Shown piece by piece: positions 12,917 to 24,092 of a stretch of 64,000 bases of DNA. Each line of letters opens with the position of its first letter. Position 1 is the stretch's first letter. Made by a program: the position numbers and the translations under genes. The notes beneath the pieces are model-generated. The model worked only from the letters and a program-made list of their open reading frames with translations, was not told where the DNA came from and made no database searches. Origin of the DNA: Takakia lepidozioides (lineage: Eukaryota > Plantae > Bryophyta); NCBI GenBank assembly GCA_030704615.1, contig CM060733.1, forward strand, positions 44,826,001 to 44,890,000, in the 5' to 3' direction.

Positions 12917-15900
12917 TAAATTAAATCCATTAATATTCAAACTTAATATTGGAAAGTAATTAATTAATTAATTAATGTGTACCACCACACAGGAACGAAC
13001 ACGTGTTGCATAGTGACTTGTCGAAGGTGTGAAATATGACACGTGTCGCATAGTGGCTTGTTCAAGGTGTGAAATCCGCCGTGAAACATGCCACACTGGC
13101 ATTTTTTCACACTCTGCCATGTCAGCTATGCCATCGGCCATGTCAGCGGCCATGTCACCATGCACCCCGTGAAAAAAGCCCACCCATGGAAAAAGCCTCT
13201 CGTGGACTTTTCCACAGGGCCACCCGAGAGCCAGGCCGTCCACGGGGTGTCCGAAAGCACTAGTCGTTCCTTACACCCACGGCAGGTGTGGACTGCGGCT
13301 GATTCCACAACAAAAAGTGTGGAAAAAGCCGTGGAAAAAGCCGGTTTCTCTTCTAGTGTTCTGAAAGTCCTGGATTGCTTCATGTCTCTTAGAAAGGGTG
13401 CTTGTGTGAATACACCACAACGTGTCAAAACCCTTTGGATTGCACATGGCAGAATCCCCCAAAGCTCTCCATCGAGTCATGTCTATGAATTCTTGCATAT
13501 CCTTGTTCACACCATCTGTCCGGCTTGGGTCGGAATGCAACAAGTCCTCCACGCATCTGTTCGTCTCATGCATCAGATTAACTGGCAGGTATGCAAACAG
13601 ACAGGGACCAACCAATTACAAGAAATTAGCTAACGCATGTTTGAGCATAGAATTGCCCTCTGGCGTTCCAACAAATTGAACCATGACATCATGCAACAAT
13701 GTGTTTGTCGATGAAGAAACTGCATCAGTGCTACTGGCATATGACATCCAGATAGTCCTCAACACCTGCAAAATCAGCGAGCATTTCATAGGGGGCCCTG
13801 CCTTGCGGTAGGATGCAAAGACTTCTCGTAGGAGCTTCGATTCGTCGTCCGAGTGTTTGAAGAAAGTGGGTAGGGTAATGGGCACATTTCTGTTATGAAC
13901 AATGGTGTAAAGAGGGGACCAACCCCACTGACGCGCTTCATTTTCACAATGCCAATTGGCATCCTAGGCAGCCAAGTGCTCTTGAACATATTGGTTTCTG
14001 ATGGACTCCAACTCAGCTTGTCTTGCTATTTCTTTCATTTCAAAGCTTGAGAGGGTAGACTTGTACTCATGAGAGGACACTCATTGTAGACAGCTCCAAC
14101 GTCAAAGGCAACGCCAAGCTTCTTTGCCCAGATAGCCATGGTCTTGAAGACAACATCCTTCTCCTCCTCTGGTGCTGCATGCAGGTTTGTAGGGAAACAA
14201 GTACAAACACATTAATATAAACCACAACATTTCCAGCGATTATGTTGCATATCTGACCCTAAACATGAGCATGTGTGAGTGAAATGGAAAGGGGATGAAT
14301 ATGTGCATGAAGTACCGTAGTGCAAATTCACCTGTCGATTGATCCACCAGCGGCCATACGCTGCACCCAAGTTACATTCAGCAAAGCCCTCCACGTCAAC
14401 AAGGTGCTTGAGGGACTGTTGGAATTGAGGATGTTCCATGCTTGGAAAGGGTACAGGAAGCAATCGGTAGTTAAGAAGGGTGTGAAGGCCAGGACACCGA
14501 ACAGGTGCAGGTTTTTTTGGAACCTCCATGGATGAAGTCAGAGATTTTGACTTGTTGGTAAAATAAAAAATGGCATCCTCCCTGGAGCGAGGAAGTGGAG
14601 GATCAGGAGCCCTTGCCCCACTGACCACTTTGTTGCTTGCTAACGATTTCGATGCATGCAACTTCCCTCCTTTGAACCCCCGGCTGGAGCCCCTTTCCTA
14701 GAGTTTTCAGGAGGAAGATTACCTGATGTCAATTTTTTTTCATGGCCTGCATGATGGGAGGAAAAACCCTTCCAAGTTTGCAAATGTAGAGCCCTCCTGC
14801 GTTTCGGTGGTTCATCAAATGTGTCATCATTGGGGTCATCCGGAAGCTGACCTGATGTGGGATGTGTCTGACAGGAAGCGTCATCGGTGTCTGATGACAA
14901 GTCTTGGACTACTTGACTCTGTGACCTCATCCTCCTTCCTGATTTCCGCTGGAGATGCTCCATTTCTTGGGACACGTCCGCCTGGGAGGCCTGGCCCTTC
15001 TTCCTATATGTGGTTTTGCGAGGTGGCATATGTCCATGGCGCCTGAGGACATCCTCCATAATACCCTTCTGGCTTGGTTAAAAAACAGGGTACATTTTGA
15101 GGACACCTTCACCTTCCCCATGCTTCATACAACCATCCATCCTATGCAAGTTCAGTTTCTTTTTATCGGCAAAAAGCAGATCACAGTGTATGCATCTATA
15201 TTGTCGTCTATTAGACGCACTAGGTTCATGGACCCTTGCCCTCATGTAGGCCTCGCATACGAGGGACTTGTATTCATCAGTATCATATGTCTCGCGGTAT
15301 TCCCTCCGGTTCTCTATCATTTTGCTCTCCTTCATCGTGAATGCGCAGTCTCCCAACAATTGCAGTGCCAACATGCAAACCTACACAGACAATGTCTAGC
15401 ATAAATTCACAGCAACGACATTTTTTTTAACCCTGAATTTGCATGCATGGGCATTTAACCCCCTAAAACCTCTAACAATGGAGTGCATGAGCCTAAACCC
15501 TAAACCGTAAACACCAAAACAAAATGAAATGACTTCAGATAATATGAAATATCTCCATATGGAGAGTGTTCATGGCCGCATATGTGCACGTCCCTGGAGC
15601 TCGCAACTGAACTATGGAAACCACACTTTATCCGGGTCTGCTCTTTCAAATACCAAGCAAATGAAACATGCAATAAGTTGCCCTCACCTACAATTTTTGT
15701 AACACACAAAAGTAACAAGCGCCTTACCCTAAACTCCATATGAAACAAAATGTTCACCTCAGCTTCATGTCAATGCTTGCATGATGTGCCCATAAGTACC
15801 AGACAGCCCCACTTGCAGTTTCCTAAATACTGTAGTGAGAAAACGATACAGGAGCGCGGGTAGTGTGCATTAAGGGTAGCACACACGTATTTCTCTAGTT

Positions 15901-16385
15901 CACTCATTTACCATTGTTGTTGACCTAATTGATCTGTTCCCTCCTTTTCAGTATCTGTAGTTCTGGAATGTCCCACATTTCTGAACCTATGCATACAGTA
16001 TATGTGAAAGTACCCACCCACAAAGAAGGGAATCTGCGAAGATGATTGGGTTTCGGATGCTTGATGCAGAACTCACTCACCCGCAAGGTAAATCCCAGAA
16101 GAAGAGCACAATGACAATCCGGATAACACAGAAGAGCAAGATTGAGGTTGTGGAGCGATAATAGGACTCACGCAATTCAGATTTGGAGCGGAAGCGGTGC
16201 AACCATTGAAGACGGCCAAAACATCCTTGCTTCATATGTCGATTCTCCATTCTCGTCCACAAACTCGACCTACATGATGGGACGCGGTAACGCCATCAAT
16301 GATAGCGACATTTCGCCTACCAACAACGCAACGTCCCGTCTCATCTGGTACATCTATTCCACCTTTTACATGCAATGCCATACTC

Positions 16386-16636
16386 TGTATGCAATGGAAG
16401 CAAGCATGTGGCATGGGGAGGATGAAGGCATGCAGGGGGGATGGAGGACGATGCCATGCATGAGGTGAGGATGGGAGGCGGGATGGGGATGGGTGAGAGG
16501 ACATGTGTCATGTCCTGGCATAGGGAACATGAGGCGCGAGAGGGGCTGCCACACGGTGTGCGGGCGATGGAGGGGGTGGCGGGGTCCACGCTGGGCTCCC
16601 TCGCATTGAACTCTAGGGCCCCATCTATTACTTGGC
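16386..16636 (-). repeat. Right TIR of MULE
   Basis: Inverted copy of 787-1041 followed by the TSD. Confidence 0.9.
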
Positions 16637-17399
16637 TAAGAAATGTATATCCTTATTATTCCAAAGTACATGAGTGATGGATCAATGATATTCTGCTTAA
16701 ACTATATTATGTGTATAATACCTATGACCTGCCAGGTATTGGTACTTCCAAACGTTCCTCTTTGCTCCAACAAATAAAAAGAGAGGACTCCGGCCAGAGT
16801 CTACCTAACTAATGTTGTGGCTATTGCCCTGTCGAGGGTGGGCTCTTGCATACCTAACAAACGGTGTCGTATATATATATATATGACGCCTCGCGAAGGA
16901 AGCGTTAACGAACATTAAACAGTACATTACACGTATACCATGTTTGGCGTTTGTAGCAACCCAAACATGCATATTATTCCCGTTCAAACTTTATTCATTT
17001 TAGAGACATGTCTGGCGTTAGTAGCTGGCAAACACACATATTATTCCCGTTCAAATGTAATTTACTTTTGTTCATTTTAGAGGGAGGGTGCCCCTTCAGT
17101 AATGTGGAGTAGTTCGTAGCTACGCCGCCTTCGGCCAAGGCCTTATTTATTTACTTAGAATTTTATTTTAAAGAGAAACACATGGGAGCGACTGCAACAC
17201 AAATCAGGCCCCTTTAATTACAATAAGAGGAAAAACTAAACTCTTTCCAATTAACCTTGGATGACTACCAAGCACAAGGCTTAAGGGCACAGAAGGGGGA
17301 AAATATAATACATCCGACATAGTAGCAGAATTTGAGCCCAGAACCACCTTGCTGGCCATATAACTAGTTCAATTAAGTTTATACTGTATTTTTTTGGAA

Positions 17400-18553
17400 A
17401 ATCCAACAATTTTATTTCATTCTCAAATATCATATGGAATGGGGTCTTTTACTAACTAAGTAGTGCAAACATAATGGGATATGTCTTCCAAGAATTGCAA
17501 GAGAGTTAGATTTGTTTTGGATTTAGCACATCTTCAACTACAATGTTGGTCAAAAGTTCACCAGACTTTGTAACAATAACACAAGATCATATGGAAGTGA
17601 TGAACCATGTTGGCCGTTGCTGGACGCATCAGGATAGCGTTTGCTTTCAATGTATTTAAGAGGGAGCAGTCACTTGACAAGGGTATTTTCCTTTTTAAAT
17701 TTAAAAAATAATTTATTAATTTGAGTAACAGGGTCTCTAGCCCTTTTTATTTATTCAAAAACTTATGGTGGAGACGGACGGTCGCCTAATAGCAAAACCT
17801 CATGAAATATAAAAACAAAACAAAAATCGTAAAAAATGGAGTTACAAGTGTGACATGGTTTGACTTTCACTTAAGCAACGATTGCAACATGATTACAACA
17901 TTGCGGATACCAAGTTCTGGATAAGATTGCCCCATGTATAAATATATTCAAACAAAAAAACAAAGAAGATTGCGCCCGCTTCTGGAACATGCACATATGG
18001 ACTACAGTATGAACTATGAACCATCTGAGTGCTGCCGTTTCATTTGAAATCATAAAGCCGCGCCCAGAGATTCTGAACTATAGGAATAGCAATAGGATGA
18101 GGAATAGTATAATCTTAAGATAGGTTGCGAAGTGTGGCGTGTCCCTGTTGGTTGGCACTAAGGAACCCAACCCTCTTGCAGAGTACCGATAATAAGGTGG
18201 TTTGAGTTAATATAAGTGCACGATCTGACATGTACTTGCATGCTTGAGCAAGCCAAAAACTAGGTCTACAATGACGGATATCATCTGTCAAATCATCCCC
18301 AGCCCCTCCACGTCGCCTCCCTTGAACCCTCGGCGGTGCCACACCCAGCAATTGGCACGGGCAGACCGTTCTTCTCAATCCTAATATTATTATAGGCTGG
18401 CCACAGGTTTTGGCATGTGATCCCGGTAGCCTTTCCACGTGGCAACACAACATTCCACCACGAAGATGAAAACATTGCCGAATTTGGAACAACATGAGAA
18501 TGTAGTCTCTATTTATTTGCATGTTTTTTTACCTCATGTTTGGCAGGATCCTC
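17400..18553 (-). mobile_element. Probable degenerate LINE (L1-like) 3' remnant
   Basis: Minus-strand CNRC..SESQTMSHL resembles zf-RVT; heavily decayed. Confidence 0.35.
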
Positions 18554-19053
18554 NNNNNNNNNNNNNNNNNNNNNNNNNNNNNNNNNNNNNNNNNNNNNNN
18601 NNNNNNNNNNNNNNNNNNNNNNNNNNNNNNNNNNNNNNNNNNNNNNNNNNNNNNNNNNNNNNNNNNNNNNNNNNNNNNNNNNNNNNNNNNNNNNNNNNNN
18701 NNNNNNNNNNNNNNNNNNNNNNNNNNNNNNNNNNNNNNNNNNNNNNNNNNNNNNNNNNNNNNNNNNNNNNNNNNNNNNNNNNNNNNNNNNNNNNNNNNNN
18801 NNNNNNNNNNNNNNNNNNNNNNNNNNNNNNNNNNNNNNNNNNNNNNNNNNNNNNNNNNNNNNNNNNNNNNNNNNNNNNNNNNNNNNNNNNNNNNNNNNNN
18901 NNNNNNNNNNNNNNNNNNNNNNNNNNNNNNNNNNNNNNNNNNNNNNNNNNNNNNNNNNNNNNNNNNNNNNNNNNNNNNNNNNNNNNNNNNNNNNNNNNNN
19001 NNNNNNNNNNNNNNNNNNNNNNNNNNNNNNNNNNNNNNNNNNNNNNNNNNNNN
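18554..19053. other. Assembly gap (500 N)
   Basis: Run of N. Confidence 1.
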
Positions 19054-19147
19054 TCAAAAAGCGGTGCTGAGGGCAAAACCAGCACAACGGTTTGAGCAGC
19101 TTTTCAATGTTTTAGGGTTCAAAATTGGTCTTGATGTCTGTAATGTT

Positions 19148-22100
19148 AGTGTGAAATGAACCCTTCACTGCCAGCTCAGACAGTGTGCGGCAACGCACAC
19201 TGTTTGAGCTGAGCATTTCAATGTTTCTGGATGCAAAATTTGGACTTCAGGGGCACCTGTGTGAGTGTGAAAAGAACCCTTCACTGCCAGCTCATACAGT
19301 GTGCGGCAACGCACACTGTTTGAGCTGAGCATTTCAATGTTTCTGGGTGAAATATTTGGACTTCAGGGGCACCTGTGGAGTGTGAAAAGAACCCTTCCTG
19401 CCAGCTCAGACAGTGTGCGGCAACGCACCTGTTTGAGCTGAGCATTCAATGTTTCTGGGTGAATGAAATATTTGGACTTCAGGGGCACCTGTGTGGTGTG
19501 AAAAGAACCCTTCACTGCCAGCTCAGACAGTGTGCGGCAACGCACACTGTTTGAGCTGAGCATTTCAATGTTCTGGGTGGAAATATTTGGACTTCAGGTG
19601 GGCACCTGTGTGAGTGTGAAAAGAACCCTTCACTGCCAGCTCAGACAGTGTGCGGCAACGCACACTGTTTGAGCTGAGCATTTTCAATGTTTCTGGGTGG
19701 AATATTTGGACTTCAGGGGCACCTGTGTGAGTGTGAAAAGAACCCTTCAATGCCAGTCCAGACAGTGTGCGGCAACGCACACTGTTTGAGCTGAGCATTT
19801 CAATGTTTCTGGGTGCAAAAATTTGGACTTCACGGGCACCCGTGTGAGTGTGAAATGAACCCTTCACTGCCAGCTCCGACAGTGTGCGGCAACGCACACG
19901 TTTGAGCTGAGCATTTCAATGTTTCTGGGTGCAAAATTTGGACTTCACGGGCACCCGTGTGAGTGTGAAATGAACCCTTCACTGCCAGCTCAGACAGTGT
20001 GCGGCAACGCACACTGTTTGAGCTGAGCATTTCAATGTTTCTGGGTGAAATATTTGGACTTCAGGGGCACCTGTGTGAGTGTGAAAAGAACCCTTCACTG
20101 CCAGCCCAGACAGTGTGCGGCAACGCACTGTTTGAGCTGAGCATTTCAAGTTTCTGGATGCAAAAATTGGACTTCAGGGGCACTGTGTGAGTGTGAAATG
20201 AACCCTTCACTGCCAGCTCAGACAGTGTGCGGCAACGCACACTGTTTGAGCTGAGCATTTCAATGTTTGGGTGAAATATTGGACTTCAGGGGCACCTGTG
20301 TGAGTGTGAAAAGAACCCTTCACTGCCAGCCCAGACAGTGTGCGGCAACGCACACTGTTTGAGCTGAGCATTTCAAATGTTTCTGGGTGCAAAATTTGGA
20401 CTTCACGGGCACCCGCTGTGTGAGTGGAAATGAACCCTTCACTGCCAGCTCAGACAGTGTGCGCGGGAACGCACACTGTTTGAGCTGAGCATTTCAATGT
20501 TTCTGGATGCAAAATTTGGAGTTCAGGGGCACCTGTGTGAGTGTGAAAAGAACCCTTCACTGCCAGCTCATACAGTGTGCGGCAACGCACACTGTTTGAG
20601 CTGAGCATTTCAATGTTCTGGGGTGAAATATTTGGACTTCAGGGGCACCTGGGAGTGTGAAAATGAAAAGAACCCTTCACTGCCAGCCCAGACAGTGTGC
20701 GGCACAACGCACACTGTTTGAGCTGAGCATTTCAATGTTTCTGGATGCAAAAATTGGACTTCAGGGGCACCTGTGTGAGTGTGAAATGAACCCTTCACTG
20801 CAGCCCAGACAGTGTGCGGGGCAACGCACACTGTTGAGAGTGAGCAGCATTTCAATGTTTCTGGGTGAAAAATTTGGACTTCACGGGCACCTGTGTGAGT
20901 GTGAAATGAAACCTTCACTCCAGCTCAGACAGTGTGCGGCAACGCACACTGTTTGAGCTGAGCATTTCAATGTTTCTGGGTGAAATATTGGACTTCAGGG
21001 GCACCTGTGTGAGTGTGAAAAGAACCCTTCACTGCCAGCCCAGACAGTGTGCGGCAACGCACACTGTTTGAGCTGAGCATTTCAATGTTTCTGGATGCAA
21101 AAATTGGACTTCAGAGGCACCTGTGTGAGTGTGAAATGAACCCTTCACTGCCAGCTCAGACAGTGTGCGGCAACGCACACTGTTTGAGCTGAGCATTTCA
21201 ATGTTTCTGGATGCAAATTTGGAGTTCAGGGGCACCTGTGTGAGTGTGGAAAACGAACCCTTCACTGCCAGCTCATACAGTGTGCGGCAACGCACACTGT
21301 TTGAGCTGAGCATTCAATGTTTCGGGTGAAATATTTGGACTTCAGGGGCACCTGTGTGAGTGTGAAAAGAACCCTTCACTGCCAGCCCAGACAGTGTGCG
21401 GCAACGCACACTGTTTGAGCTGAGCATTTCATGTTTCTGGATGCAAAAATTGGACTTCAGGGGCACCTGTGTGAGTGTGAAATGAACCCTTCACTGCCAG
21501 CCAGACAGTGTGCGGCAACGCACACTGTTTGAGCTGAGCATTTCAATGTTTCTGGGTGAAAAATTTGGACTTCACGGGCCCTGTGTGAGTGTGAAATGAA
21601 CCCTTCACTGCCAGCTCAGACAGTGTGCGGCAACGCACACTGTTTGAGCTGAGCATTTCAATGTTTCTGGGTGAAATATTTGGACTTCAGGGGCACCTGT
21701 GTGAGTGTGAAAAGAACCCTTCACTGCCAGCCCAGACAGTGTGCGGCAAACGCACACTGTTTGAGCTGAGCATTTCAATGTTTCTGGATGCAAAAATTGG
21801 ACTTCAGGGGCACCTGTTTGTGAGTGTGAAATGAACCCTTCACTGCCAGCTCAGACAGTGTGGGGCAACGCACACTGTTTGAGCTGAGCATTTCAATGTT
21901 TCTGGGGGTGAAAAATTTGGACTTCACGGGCACCTGTGTGTGAGTGTGAAATGAACCCTTCACTGCCAGCTCAAACAGTGTGCGGCAACGCACACTGTTT
22001 GAGCTGAGCATTTCAATGTTTCTGGGTGAAAATATTTGGACTTCAGGGGCACCTGTGTGAGTGTGAAAAGAACCCTTCACTGCCAGCCCAGACAGTGTGC

Positions 22101-23870
22101 GCCAACGCACACTGTTTGAGCTGAGCATTTCAATGTTTCTGAATGCAAAAATTGGACTTCAGGGGCACCTGTGTGAGTGTGAAATGAACCCTCACTGCCA
22201 GCTCAGACAGTGTGCGGCAACGCACACTGTTTGAGCTGAGCATTTCAATGTTTCTTGGGTGAAAAATTCGGACTTCACGGGCACCTGTGTGAGTGTGAAA
22301 TGAACCCTTCACTGCCAGCTCAGACAGTGTGCGGCAACGCACACTGTTTGAGCTGAGCATTTCAATGTTTCTGGGTGCAAAAATTCGGACTTCACGGGCA
22401 CCTGTGTGAGTGTGTGTGAAATGAACCTTCACTGCCAGCTCAGACAGTGTGCGGCAACGCACACTGTTTGAGCTGAGCATTTCAATGTTTCTGGGTGAAA
22501 AATTCGGACTTCACGGGCACCTGTGTGAGTGTGAAATGAACCCTTCACTGCCAGCTCAGACAGTGTGCGGCAACGCACACTGTTTGAGCTGAGCATTTCA
22601 ATGTTTCTGGGTGAAATATTTGGACTTCAGGGGCACTGTGTGAGTGTGAAAAGAACCCTTCACTGCCAGCCCAGACAGTGTGCGGCAACGCACACTGTTT
22701 GAGCTGAGCATTTCAATGTTTCTGGGTGCAAAATTTGGACTTCAGGGGCACCTGTGTGAGTGTGAAAAGAACCCTTCACTGCCAGCTCAGACAGTGTGCG
22801 GCAACGCACACTGTTTGAGCTGAGCATTTCAATGTTTCTGGATGCAAAATTTGACTTCAGGGGCACCTGTGTGAGTGTGAAAAGAACCCTTCACTGCCAG
22901 CTCATACAGTGTGCGGCAACGCACACTGTTTGAGCTGAGCATTTCAATGTTTCTGGGAAATATTTGGACTTCAGGGGCACCTGTGTGAGTGTGAAAAGAA
23001 CCCTTCACTGCCAGCTCAGACAGTGTGCGGCAACGCACACTGTTTGAGCTGAGCATTTCAATGTTTCTGGATGCAAAATTTGGACTTCAGGGGCACCTGT
23101 GTGAGTGTGAAAAGAACCCTTCACTGCCAGCTCTACAGTGTGCGGCAACGCACACTGTTTGAGCTGAGCATTTCAATGTTTCTGGGTGAAATATTTGGAC
23201 TTCAGGGGCACCTGTGGGAGTGTGAAAAGAACCCTTCACTGCCAGCTCAGACAGTGTGCGGCAACGCACACTGTTTGAGCTGAGCATTTCATTTCAATGT
23301 TTCTGGGTGAAATATTTGGACTTCAGGGGCACCTGTGTGAGTGTGAAATGAACCCTTCACTGCCAGCTCAGACAGTGTGCGGCAACGCACACTGTTTGAG
23401 CTGAGCATTTCAATGTTTCTGGGTGAAATATTTGGACTTCAGGGGCACCTGTGTGAGTGTGAAATGAACCCTTCACTGCCAGCCCAGACAGTGTGCGGCA
23501 ACGCACACTGTTTGAGCTGAGCATTTCAATGTTTCTGGTGCAAAATTTGGACTTCAGGGGCACCTGTGTGAGTGTGAAATGAACCCTTCACTGCCAGCTC
23601 AGACAGTGTGCGGCAACGCACACTGTTTGAGCTGAGCATTTCAATGTTTCTGGGTGCAAAATTTGGACTTCATGGGCACCCGTGTGAGGGTGAAATGAAC
23701 CCTTCACTGCCAGCCCAGACAGTGTGCGGCAACGCACACTGTTTGAGCTGAGCATTTCAATGTTTCTGGGTGCAAAATTTGGACTTCATGGGCACATTTT
23801 GAGTATAAAATGAACCCTTCACTGTCAGCTCAAACAGTCTGCGGAACCGCACACTGTGTAGGCAGAACAT
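19148..23870. repeat. Satellite of ~39 x ~120-bp units, each with an ~18-bp-stem hairpin and a GCAA loop
   Basis: Unit gtgaaatgaacccttcactgcCAGCTCAGACAGTGTGCG-gcaa-CGCACACTGTTTGAGCTGagcatttcaatgtttctgg...ggacttcaggggcacctgtgtga. Confidence 0.97.
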
Positions 23871-24092
23871 ATGAATATGGAAGGGCGCAACTTTCGGCCC
23901 TCATGGGCAGATATTGAGCAGAACTTTCAATGTTCTTTCCCTGTGTAAATCGGGAACATAGTGCATGTCCGTGAGGATCAATGAACACTTATCTGGCAGC
24001 TCAAAGAACACTTCCCTTTTTATCCCACTTTTTCATGCATCGGTCGACGTTTCATTCCTCTCTTATAAGAATTTGAGTGAACAACCTTGCAG

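Larger units (their letters stand above)
8006..13358. mobile_element. Non-autonomous CACTA element carrying PPR gene fragments (Pack-CACTA)
   Basis: Termini CACTAGAAGAGAAACCGGCTTTTTCCACGGCT and its reverse complement ending at 13358; 3-bp TSD ttc (8003-8005, 13359-13361); subterminal ccacgg/gtgaaa repeats; no transposase. Confidence 0.93.
5900..15400 (-). pseudogene. Second MULE gene: N-terminal C2H2-like zinc finger and C-terminal Ulp1/SENP (peptidase C48)-like protease, split by the CACTA insertion
   Basis: Ulp1-like motifs DNDRVMDFYL..LLDSF, YFHLNSV and VPQQVSTWECGCF; CIHCDLLFADKKKLNLH at ~15130-15200; removing the CACTA plus one TSD restores the frame KRHEAIQDFQN|TLKHREDIDMAG. Confidence 0.75.
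787..16636. mobile_element. Mutator-like (MULE) DNA transposon, full length, decayed
   Basis: ~250-bp inverted termini (787-1041 vs 16386-16636, both starting GCCAAGTAATAGATGG); 9-bp TSD taagaattg (778-786) / taagaaatg (16637-16645); internal MULE+SWIM transposase and Ulp1 gene. Confidence 0.92.

Noticed and set aside
15490-15512. Interstitial telomere repeat
   Set aside because: Only about two ccctaaa-like units; at most a telo-box
18439-19159. ORFs spanning the N run
   Set aside because: Artefacts of the gap
19148-23870. ORFs in the satellite (MLSSNSVRCRTL...) or a CRISPR/tRNA array
   Set aside because: Frames are by-products of a 120-bp period and are broken by frequent indels; no unique spacers or cloverleaf
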